A stretch of 64,000 nucleotides of DNA from Piromyces finnis finn. Taxonomy: Eukaryota > Fungi > Neocallimastigomycota. The notes below the pieces were generated by a model. It was not told the DNA's origin, made no database searches, and worked only from the letters and a program-made list of their open reading frames with translations. Position 1 is the first letter of the stretch, and every line of letters begins with the position of its first letter. A program made the position numbers and the translations under genes. Positions 52,809 through 64,000 of this stretch are shown here, in pieces. The stretch lies in NCBI GenBank assembly GCA_002104945.1, contig MCFH01000014.1, forward strand, positions 186,001 to 250,000. The letters run 5' to 3'.

Positions 52809-54707
52809 ATGGCTACTGCCGAAGAAGTTAAAGAACAAATTAACGCCCAAACCGCTGCTATTGCTGCTTTAAAGAAAGCCAATGCTCCAAAGGACCAAAT
52901 TCAAGCTGAAGTTAAGAAGCTTTTAGATTTAAAGGCTCAATACAAAACTTTTGCTTCTAACAATGGTAATAATCAAAAAGCTGCTACTGGATCCAAGAAG
53001 AACTTCACTTTAAAAACCCCAAAGGTATATATTTTATACTACAAATCTATACACATTAATATTTATTATTAAAAAGGAAGATATTTTATAATAAAAATAA
53101 ATATTTATTATGTTTTTTAATAAATTATTAACAAACATAAATGACAATAAATAAATTGAAAATTTTAAAATTAAATAGGGTACTAAGGATTACAACGACA
53201 AGGAAATGGCCGTTAGAGAAAAGATTTTCACCACCATTAAAACCATTTTCAAGCGTCATGGTGCCGTTACTATTGATACTCCAGTTTTTGAATTAAAAGA
53301 AATTTTAATGGGTAAATATGGTGAAGACAGTAAACTTATTTATGATTTACAAGATCAAGGTGGTGAATTATGTTCTTTAAGATACGATTTAACTGTTCCA
53401 TTCGCTAGATTTGTTGCTATGAACGGTAGCAAGTACCAAAACATTAAAAGATACAACATTGCTAAGGTCTACAGAAGAGATCAACCATCTGTTGCCCGTG
53501 GTCGTATGAGAGAATTCGTTCAATGTGTAAGTATTAAAAATATTGTGTAATTTATAATTAAATAATTAGGAATCGACAATTAAAAATAAAAATTATTGAA
53601 ATAAAGGATTTTGATATTGCTGGTGTTTACGAACCAATGGTTCCAGATGCTGAAATTGTCAGAATTATGAAGGAAACTTTAACTGCCTTAGAAATCGGTG
53701 ATTTCACTATTAAGATTAATCACAGAAAGATTCTTGATGGTATGTTCGAATTCTGTGGTGTTCCAAAGGACAAGTTCAGAACTATTTCATCTGCTGTCGA
53801 TAAATTAGATAAGGTAATTATACAGTTAACATTGAATAATAGCAAATAAAATAAATATAATAATAATAAAATTATATATTTACTTGAATATAAAAAATAA
53901 ATTCGGATACAGGCTCCATGGGAAGAAGTCCGCAAAGAAATGATTGAATTAAAGGGACTTCCAGCTGAAGTTGCTGATAAAATCGGCACTTTTGTTGTTT
54001 GCAAGGGTGGTCGTGAAATGTGCGATTTCTTAGAAGAAAAATTAGGATCTAATGCCACCGCTATGGAAGGTATTAATGATATGAAGTTATTAATGACTTA
54101 CCTTGAAGCTTTCGATGTTTTAGATAAGATTTCCTTCGATTTAAGTTTAGCTCGTGGTTTAGATTACTACACTGGTGTTATTTACGAAGCTGTTGCTAAC
54201 GTTCCACCAGAATCTGGTAAGAAGAAGAAGAGTGAAGATGAAGGTAATGTTGGTTCTGTCTCTGGTGGTGGTCGTTACGATAACTTAGTTGGTATGTTCT
54301 CTGGTTCCAGAACTGTTCCATGTGTTGGTTTCAGTATTGGTGTTGAAAGAATCTTTTCCATTCTTTTACGTAAAATGAAGTTAGAAGAAGTTAAGTCTAA
54401 CGAAGTCCAAGTTTACGTTTGTTCCGTTGGTAAGGGCTTATTAACTGAAAAGATGAAGATCTGTAAGGAATTATGGGACAATGAAATTAAGGCTGAATTC
54501 ATGTACAAGGCTGATCCAAAACTTGACAAACAATTCCAAGTTTGTGAAAGAGAAAAGATTCCATACGCTATTATTATTGGTAACGAAGAAATTGAAAAGC
54601 AAGTTGTTAAGATTAAGGATCAAACCAACAAGGAAAGTGGTAACGGTGAAGTTGTCCCAAGATCTGAATACATTCAATACATCAAGAACCTTCTTAACCA
54701 AAATTAA
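52809..54707 (+). CDS. HTS1: Cytoplasmic histidyl-tRNA synthetase with N-terminal WHEP-like domain (exons 52809-53024, 53179-53526, 53607-53813, 53914-54707)
   Basis: [90 protein letters not shown] and GFSIGVER. Confidence 0.98.
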
Positions 54708-55642
54708 GAAAAATGATATACATTATTAGAAACACTTAATTTTATTTAGTTTTGAAATAAAAAATATTTTAATAAAATTAAAGGTTATACACACACACAC
54801 AAAAAGAAATAAAAAGCCATTTATAATATATAAATCTTAAGTACATATAGAAATAAAAATAAATAAAAAAAAAATAAAAAATAATTAAATAAATTAGAAA
54901 TAATTTAAAAAAAAAAAAAAAGTTTTCATTTTTATTAATAATATGAATTATATCTTTTATAAAAAGTATAATTATAAGAGTACTCTGAACGAACGTATGT
55001 TGACTTTAAAAAGAGGATAATTATAACAAAAAAAAAAGTTGATTTTTCAATAGTAATATAATAGTTTTGATCTTTTATTTTAAATATACCTATATTATTA
55101 TGTACAATTCTTTTTTTTTTTTTTTATTGAAAAATTATTTATTTAAAAAAATGCAACATGAATACATATACAAATATAGAAAATGTAGTGATGAAAAAGT
55201 TTATTTAAAATTATATAATATTTTATTAAATAAACATGAGGGAAAAAATAATAATAATAATAATAATAATAATATGCTAATTAGGTAATAAATAAATTTT
55301 ATTTTTATTGTTGTTGTTGAGAAGTAAACATTAAATAAATAAAATATTTATATTAAAATTAATAGTATGGTAATAATAAATAGATAATGATTTTTTTTTT
55401 AATAAGAAAATTCTTTTTTTTTTTTTAACATAATCTATATAGACACTAAAAAATTTTCCTTTGATTAATTATAATATAAAAAAAGAATATACTTTTTACA
55501 TGACTTGAAAAAACGATTATAAAAAATATATAAAAAAGAAAAAAAAAAAACTTTTTTTTTTCTTTATAGTAAATAAATATTAATTTTTTTTTTTTTATTA
55601 CTTAACAAAATCTACAATATTATAATATGATATTTATTTTAA

Positions 55643-58600
55643 TTATTTGAATCTGGATGATAAGTTTCTGGTATATTTTTTAATAGCTTCAGCTACTTCA
55701 TTTATTGGCTGAAAATTTCTTTGTAGCATAAATGAATAATTATTAGTAGGTTGTAACATCATTGACATTGAAGTTGGTGTTGGCGTTGATATTGGTGTTG
55801 GTGTTGGTATTGGTGTTGGTGTTGATATTGGAGTTGGAGTTGGTATTGGTATTGGTATTGGTATTGGTGTTGGTGTTGATGTTGATGTTGGTGTTGATTT
55901 GGGTTTGGGTTTGGGTCCTCTTTTCTTTGCAGGAATGCCCCTCTTTGTTAATACTACATTATTTTGTGGATTTTTGCTTCTTTCTATATAAGGTGTTGAA
56001 ATACCACTACTAAGTTGTGCCTTTAACGTTCTAATTAATTCTTCTGTTGTCTGTTGAGATGCTGGAATTGATGATATTGGGGTTATAGAAGTTGATGGTA
56101 TATTTTTTGTTGATGATGATGATTCATTTGCTTTTGGATAAAATTGCATTAATGAGCTAGGCTTTTGGACAGCCTTATTTACAACAGGATTATTTGATGA
56201 TTGAGAGGATTGTATCTTTGAGGGAATAATAGATATATCATTATCAAATAACGAAATTCGTGGTTTAGAAATCAATTGTTTTGAAGGCTCTGGCACTGAT
56301 GGTAAAACATCCATTTGTATAATTTCAGGTTGGTTAGGAATTGGCTTTGATGATTTATTTAATTCTTCTGGTTCTTGAGAAACATTCATTTTAGTATCTG
56401 GCTTATTATTATCATCTATATTTATTTTTGTATTTGAATCATTACTTGCAGTTAATTTTGAAGAAAATTCATTTTCATTTTCAGATGATGATTTAGATTT
56501 AGATTCAAATTTGATATTTACATCAGAATCGGTATTAGAATCATTACTACTCTCAGAATCTGAATGTAATGCTGGTCTAGATGATCTCTTTCGCCTTGGT
56601 GTTGATTTATAATTAGGCTTTGATGAATTTTCTGATTTTGATTTGGCGGATTTTGAAGTCTTATTCGGTAAGGGTTTTGGTTCATTCTCTGATGACTCTA
56701 TTAATTCTAATGGTTCTGAAACTATATTTTGTTCTTTGGCGGGTTTTGAAATCTTATTCGGTAAGGGTTTTGGTTCATTCTCTGATGACTCTATTAATTC
56801 TAATGGTTCTGAAACTATATTTTGTTCTTTGGCGGGTTTTGAAATCTTATTCGGTAAAGATTTTGGTTTATTTTCTGATGGCTTTTTTAATTCTAATGGT
56901 TCTGAAACTATATATTGTTCTTTGGCAGGTTTATCTTCATCTTCGATAACATAAGGTTTTGCTTCTATATTTAATACTTTTGTTCTTGTGACATTAATTT
57001 TACTTTCTTCTTGTTTTTCATCATTTTTTGAAATCTTTTTTGATGTACTGCTATTTAAATAGGATGATTTCCTCTTTTTGTTGTTATTTGAATGTTCTTT
57101 TGTTGTGTTCTCTTTAATTTTTATTTCTTCAACATCATTATCCTTTAATATTTGATCAGAATTTGAAACAGATCTATGTTGATTTGAACTAATTTTTATA
57201 CGCTTATTTTTTATTTCATTATTTTCTAAATCTATTTCATTTATTCCATTATCAAATGTTTGATCCAAAGAACTTATACCCATTGTTTCCAATAACAGCA
57301 TTGAAGAACCATTTTCGATTAATCTTTCAGCTTGTATATAATTTTTGTATTCTTCTTTATTTTTTATCCAATAATCTGATTTCTTTTTATTAATAAAATC
57401 AATAACAAATTTTTGAAATTTTATGGGTGCTTCTTTAGAATCGATAATATCATTTCCTATAACCATCAAATTTAATTAATGTTAAAAAATATGATTAAAT
57501 TCATTTTATCATGAAGACTCTAATATAATTGCTTATATTACCACATGAGACGCAACGGCCATACTGTGCTGTCGTTGGAATAATGGTTTTTGGAGGTAAT
57601 TCATGAGGAACAACAACTAAGGAAGACTAGATGAATATATTAAAATTTAAAAATAATAATATATTTATTATATATCCAATTGAAAAAAAAAATAGTTATA
57701 TAACTATAATATACATATACATAATTATAATTATTATTATGCTTATATTTAAATATATATAGCTATTTCTTACATTGAAATACCAATCAGATTTTCTTAA
57801 AATTATGTGAGGTGGACCTTCGAGCCATGGAAATAATACTGTACATAATACTGACTTTTCAACATCTATATATTAATATTCATTTAAAAATAAATTGTTA
57901 ATTCAAGGTTAATAACTCTAAAAATTAAAAATATTTGTACATCTAATAACTAAAAGTATAAATGAATTATTATTTATGTATTTTACTTAATTGAATAATA
58001 ATTACCTCTATCTGCAATTAATGATGAAATATTCGCAACACCATTTCCAGTTGCTATTATAATAACTCTTCCTTTATTTCCTGCTTTTGATAAACTATTT
58101 ATTAATATTAAAATAATATAATAATAATAAATATAATAATCATAATAATTGTTATTTCCTTATAATTTATATAATATATACTTAATATAGTTATCCCAAA
58201 TATATCTTAAAACCCCGTCTACGGCTGAACTTCTGGCATTCTTTTTAATTATTTTTATTATAAATAGGAATAAAAATAATAAGAAAAAATATCCAAGAAA
58301 TGGTTTTATTTATATAATTTTTATTCGAAAAAAAAAAAAAAAAAAAAAAAAAACCTACTTTTTCAATTTCATAAAAATCGATAATAACTTCAATAAGAGC
58401 ATTAGCTTTTTTTCTTAATAATTCGTCTGAAAGACGATTTGAAAAAACTTCAGAATTTGGTAAAATTATATCTTTTATATATGATAATCCAAAATCAAAC
58501 TAGATAATTTTGAATAATTAAAAACTAAAATACTTATTATTTTTATAATTGATAATTATTATATATAAATAAAAACTCACGATATAACTATGATTCAATT

Positions 58601-61354
58601 CAGCTAAATTTTCATAGGCATTCATTTCCACTCTATTTATAAGAATTTAAAACATATATATATATATATAGAGAAAGAGAGAAAGAAAGAGTTAAATTAT
58701 AAAAATTTTTATATATGTTCTATTTATCTATTTTATGAAAAATTATAAAAATATTACCTTGCATCAACTCTATAATATTATCATCAAAAATATATAAAAA
58801 AAAAAAAAAAATAAATCAATATAAATTTCTTTATATTATGAAAAAAATTCAAGTAATATTATATTAATAAATACCCATCATGTATAAATAAAAATACAAA
58901 TCCTTCATGAGACATTACTTGTGGACTTTTTTTTTTATAATTAAAATATATAAAATTATTAATTTTAAATTATAATATTATTATTATTATTATTTACAAT
59001 ATTGTTTATTATTTATTTATTATACCTAGCTATAATATCACCCTTGAACGATTCTAATAGACTATCATCAAAAATAGGTAAATGAATTAGATTATATTCA
59101 CTTAATACATGACTTCTTCTAAAACTTTTTATTAACTCTAAAATTATATATATACATATATATATTTAGATTATTGTTATTATTTTTATTTTAATTACGA
59201 AACTAATATTTTTTTATATTATTTTTAGTAATATTATATAAAAATGATATTTAATATAAAGTATTATTTCTATTAACCTGTAAATGATATCTTTGAATAT
59301 TCATTTCTTATTTTAATTTCTAATATAAATGTTTGTAATAAAAATTATTATTAATAATAATGGATATTGTTTATTGTTTATATATAGTAATCAATCTTCT
59401 ATATTATTTTTATATACCTTGATGTGGATCCATATAAACTGGAGCAAGTGAATTCCAATAATGAGATTGTATTTTTATAACATCTTGAATTGCTTCAAAT
59501 GCAGCATCCATTGGTGTTCCTATATGTATTGGTGGAGGTGGTTCATTTAGTAATATACCTACACATGCTGTTAATGCATTTGCAGTAACTTCAACATTAT
59601 AACCTCCCTTTTTAAATAAATTTTATATATTAGTTATATTAAACTTTTATTATATATATATATAATATAATATTTTATATTCCTATATTTCTTAAATGGA
59701 AATAAAAAAATAAAATAAAATACCTCTAGAATTAATGCTAATTTCCCGCCACTTAAAACTTTAAGTAAATGAGTCATATGAGCAAATCCAGTATTTGAAA
59801 CCTTACACATACCAAGAGTGTCATTCTTTGATGCATCAAAACCAGCAGCCACTTAATTCATTATAATCATTAATATAATTCACAATTAATACCTAACTTT
59901 TCTCATTTATAGTTTAAATCTATTATATACATAAAAATATTTAATAAAAATTTAATTACCTATAACCATTTCAGGTGAAAATTCATATGCAATAGGCATA
60001 ATTATTCTATTAAATGCACATATATATTCTGTATCACCCATTCCCATACAAGGCCATGGAATATTAATATTTCTATGATATATTGTTTTTACATATTTAG
60101 TTTAAATTTAGTGATAAAAAAAATTAAATATATTACATCTTAATCATTTACCTTCCTTTAGCATTTGAACTACCAACTGCAGTTAAATTAGCTTTTGGTG
60201 AAAATGGATAAAAGTTTAAATTATCATATCTATGAACTGAAATATACAAGATATCTGGGTCATCATAAAATATGTCTTGAATCCCATTTCCTTTATTAAC
60301 AATACAATACGAAAAAATAAATTTATTTAATTAAAATAATATCTATAAAAAATACGATTTATTTCATTATAAAACTATTAACTATTGAATATAAAAAAGG
60401 GAGAGTATAATGAAAAAAAAAGTATATATATATATATATATTACCATGATGAATATCCCAATCAAGAATCATGATTCTTTTTGCATTTTCCTCTCTTTGT
60501 AAACAACGAGCTGCAACTGCACAATTATTATATACACAAAAACCTCTATATATTTTATACATGACAAAAATGGATAAAATAAATTAATTTTAAAATGATT
60601 AGATTAAATCAATTGAAGTTTCTTTTTAATATTTAAAGCAATTAAAATAAAAGAAAAAAAAACCTTGCTCTATCTCTTTCAGCGTGATGACCAGGTGGTC
60701 TTTTTAAAAAAATAGAAGTTAATCAATAAATATATAAAATTATTTGATAATATAAAAAATTAATGGTTTTAGCATAACTAAAAGAATTTTATTACCTTAT
60801 AATAGCTACACCATTCTGAATATCTCCTCTCCATACTGATTTACATAAATTAATTGCACCACCACAAGAAAGTCTCGATACACTTTCAGAATAATTATTC
60901 ATATATACAGAATCCAAATCATCAAGAAATTTAAATAATTCTGTTTTCTTCATAGCTTTAAAATAATGTATATACGGAAAATATATATTATTGTAAATAG
61001 AGTTATGTTTAAATATTTTATGACGCTATAGATTTTTTTTTTTATTTTTTGTACTGTAATTGATAATAATGAATATTATATAATTAAGTATTTTGATATA
61101 TTACTTTTTGTTTTTTTCATGGTTTCTAAATATTCACTTGAATGTGCATAGAGTAATTCATGGTCTAATGCTGGACGTGACGGTATATGTATCATTCGAT
61201 CGATATATCCTTTTTTACTTAGCTTATAATATATTCTTTCTATTCTTTCTGGTACTTCAGGATGCTCTTCTATTTTATGTCCCATATTATAATGAGCAAG
61301 TGCCCTTTCATCATAAACATATCCTGTAAGAAAATTTTTATTTTTCTGCCACAT
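55643..61354 (-). CDS. HDA1: Class II histone deacetylase (Hda1/Clr3 type): HDAC domain, Arb2 domain and a long low-complexity C-terminal extension
   Basis: [50 protein letters not shown] and LEGGYN, then Arb2-like exons (WYFN|[18 protein letters not shown]) that splice in phase (TTATAG|GA) into the 608-aa ORF at 55643-57469. Start taken at MWQKNK (61354); a further upstream exon cannot be excluded. Confidence 0.92.
55766..55900 (-). repeat. Hexanucleotide coding repeat encoding a (TP/IP/ST)n tract near the HDA1 C-terminus
   Basis: [42 protein letters not shown]. Confidence 0.9.
56652..56930 (-). repeat. Coding tandem repeat of 3 x 93 bp ([31 protein letters not shown]) in the HDA1 terminal exon
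   Basis: ttattcggta recurs at 56661, 56754 and 56847. Confidence 0.93.
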
Positions 61355-63142
61355 TTTATTCAAAACTTCTAACTGAAATATAAAAAAAAAAAAATGAAAA
61401 ATAAAATACAAAGTATAAATATTACAAAAATAAAATATATATAATATATATATAAAGAATGAACGAATGAAAGAAAATAAGAAAATAAAAAATTAAAAAA
61501 AGAAAAAAAAAAAAAAAAAATTTAAATCTTTTTTTTAATATTTCTGTTAATTCAATAGTAATATCTTTATATATAATACTTATATATTTATGTATATTTC
61601 AACATTAAATAATTTTAGATAAATAAATAATTATTTGTAAAAATATTTAAATTAAAAATACGTTAATATGGGTTTTGTTACCTTTTTTTTTTCTTCTTTT
61701 TAATTAGTATAATAAATAAATATAATAATAATATTTATTATATTGAATTCATTTATATTGAATTTACTTTAAATTTTGAAATCTATGGATTTTAAAATAA
61801 CAATTATAAAATTTAATATTTATCAAATGCCTGTTATTATTAATTTATTATTATAATTTAATAATTATTGTATTATATATGCATATATATATATATATTG
61901 AAAAAGAAAAGAGGCTAATAAAACAAAATTGACTTTTTAAAAAATATTTTTAAATGATTACATTTCTGAATTGAATTAATTTCTAAAATAACATTACTTT
62001 TCCATTGTTACAATTACTTTTAATGTTTTTAAAATTTCATTCAGAAAAAAATAAAATATATAAATATAAAATATAAAGTTTGATTATAAAATTTCAATTT
62101 TATTCATTGAATAATTAAAGCATTTCTAATTTGAAATCCAAATTTCTATTATATTCTTTTTATATCAAATTTATTTTTCAATAAAGATACTGTTAAAGAT
62201 AGCAAAATAATTTATATATCGATTTTTTATTTTATACATTATTTATCTTAATATATACCTAATTTTTTAGTTTGTAATAGTATTGTTATAATTCTCTTTA
62301 TTATTTCTTTTCTTTTTTTTTTTTATTTTTTTATTTCATATTTCCCTTTATAAATTGTTTTCAAGTAAATAAAAGTAGATGTGGGTAATAAATTTTTAAT
62401 TAATTAAAATTTTACTTTACCTTTTTTCTACCAATAAAATATATTTCAAAAATTTTTTATAATCAATATATTATAATCATTTAAATTTAAAAAAAAGAAA
62501 ATTATTTTGTAAAAAGAGATTTTATAACATTTTTTTAAAAATGCTAAAAATATAAAATAGTTATTTTCATATATCAAGAAATATATAATAAAAGGCATGT
62601 CTTTAAATAATTCAATAATGTATTAAAATATGAATTTTAATAACATTATATATGATATAATTAAAGATTTTAAAAAAAAACAAAAAAGATAAATAAATAT
62701 TATTTTGTTAAATTAAATGATACCTATCAATTTTAAAAAAAATTCTATATATATTTTTTTGTTTTGTTTTTGTTTGTTTTGTTATATTTTTTGTTCTCAT
62801 TTTAAAAGAAAAAAAAAGATAAAATACAAAATATTTTTTTTTTCATTGAATAAAAGAAAAATAATAAAAAAAATTAATTTAACTATTATTATTATTATTA
62901 TTATTATTATCAGTACTAATAAAATTTTGAATATTATTTTTATACATTTTTTACCTATTAATGTTATATTAAAAATAAAATATCTTTTCTCATTTTTAAT
63001 ATCTTTAATAATCAAATTATAATTATTTCTTCTGTATTTTCCTAGATGTATATTTTTTATATGTAATACAATAGTAATTTTAAGTAATTTAATAAATAAA
63101 TTAATATAAAAAAGTATTTAATAACAATATTATTATATAATA

Positions 63143-63194
63143 AAATCTTACACTACATAAAATACAAAGTATAAATCTTACACTACATAAAATA
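63143..63194. repeat. Short direct duplication (22-bp unit, 30-bp period)
   Basis: aaatcttacactacataaaata occurs at 63143 and 63173. Confidence 0.8.
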
Positions 63195-64000
63195 TTACAC
63201 TTTCTTTACTATTATTTTAAATAACTCTTTAGTATTATGTTTGAAGATAATTGAATTGAAAATCAATATTATAATATTTAAAAGGTTAGAAATTATATAT
63301 AGTATACAATATATTTAATATAATTTTTATTAATAGTATATATATCATTTTATTCATATCAGTTTTAAACCACAAATAATAACTCTATCAATAATACATT
63401 CTTTTAATGAAATTGTAATTATCTTTAATCAAATTATAATTAAATTTAATTTTATTATCTTTAAAGAATAAATTATAAATGTTAAATAATCATTACTTTT
63501 ATAAAATATTATTATTATAATATGGTAAATTAAAAATAAATTATTATCTATATATAGTTTTTTTTAATGTTTTTTTTTTTAATAAATATTATTACTATTC
63601 ATTATATATATTTTTTAAGATCATTCTTAATGAATGAAAAAAATATAATATTTCTTTCTGTTTAGAATTCTTTTTTTTAATTTAACTAGTTTTTTTTTAA
63701 ATGGAGTTTTAACAAATCATTATTTAAATTATAAATAAAAAATTAATTTAAAAAATCTTTTATTTATCAATATGAAATTAATTTATTTTTTTTATTCTAT
63801 TAAATAAACTTTTTAAAATTTCCGTAAATCTCCGAATTGTATCAAAATTTAATATTTTAACTTTTTTTTTAATATAATTTATATTAATAAAAGTTGACCA
63901 AATTTAGAATTAATAAAAAAATGAAAGATTTAATATATTTTATAAAATTTTATATCAAATTTACCCATTATAAATTTTTTTTTTTTAAAGATAGTAACAT

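Noticed and set aside
53720-54729. Overlapping ORFs antisense to or shifted within HisRS
   Set aside because: By-products of strong codon bias in a conserved gene.
55762-56954. Plus-strand ORFs (LVLVLV..., and 56620-56954)
   Set aside because: Antisense readings of the HDA1 tail repeats.
61355-64000. Possible upstream HDA1 exon or another gene in the last 2.6 kb
   Set aside because: No phase-compatible ATG plus donor pair and no coding-like composition found by eye.

Overview
Extremely AT-rich eukaryotic genomic DNA with spliceosomal introns, long (AAT)n arrays and poly-A/T runs. Composition, gene style and repeat families point to an anaerobic gut fungus (Neocallimastigomycota); this is inference, not a database result. 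Gene order: the 3' end of an unknown CDS; a secreted bacterial-type PI-PLC X-domain gene that appears 3'-truncated; a secreted Cys-rich membrane protein; NAF1 with an 18 x 33-bp coding repeat; a 5.8-kb ORF-free stretch; a giant (about 2369 aa) low-complexity nuclear protein that I join by splicing to a two-finger C2H2 exon; a decayed LINE; an 83-aa secreted peptide ending in RDEL; TSC1/hamartin; ELMO; a TMX-like thioredoxin; an ATRIP/Rad26-like gene; histidyl-tRNA synthetase; and an Hda1/Clr3 class II HDAC with an unexpected tail of about 580 aa. No tRNA, rRNA or CRISPR array was recognised. The best leads are the giant SIM/SUMO-site/C2H2 scaffold, the extended Hda1, the KKRGPKPK motif those two share, and the tiny RDEL peptide. 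All exon structures and homologies were read by eye.
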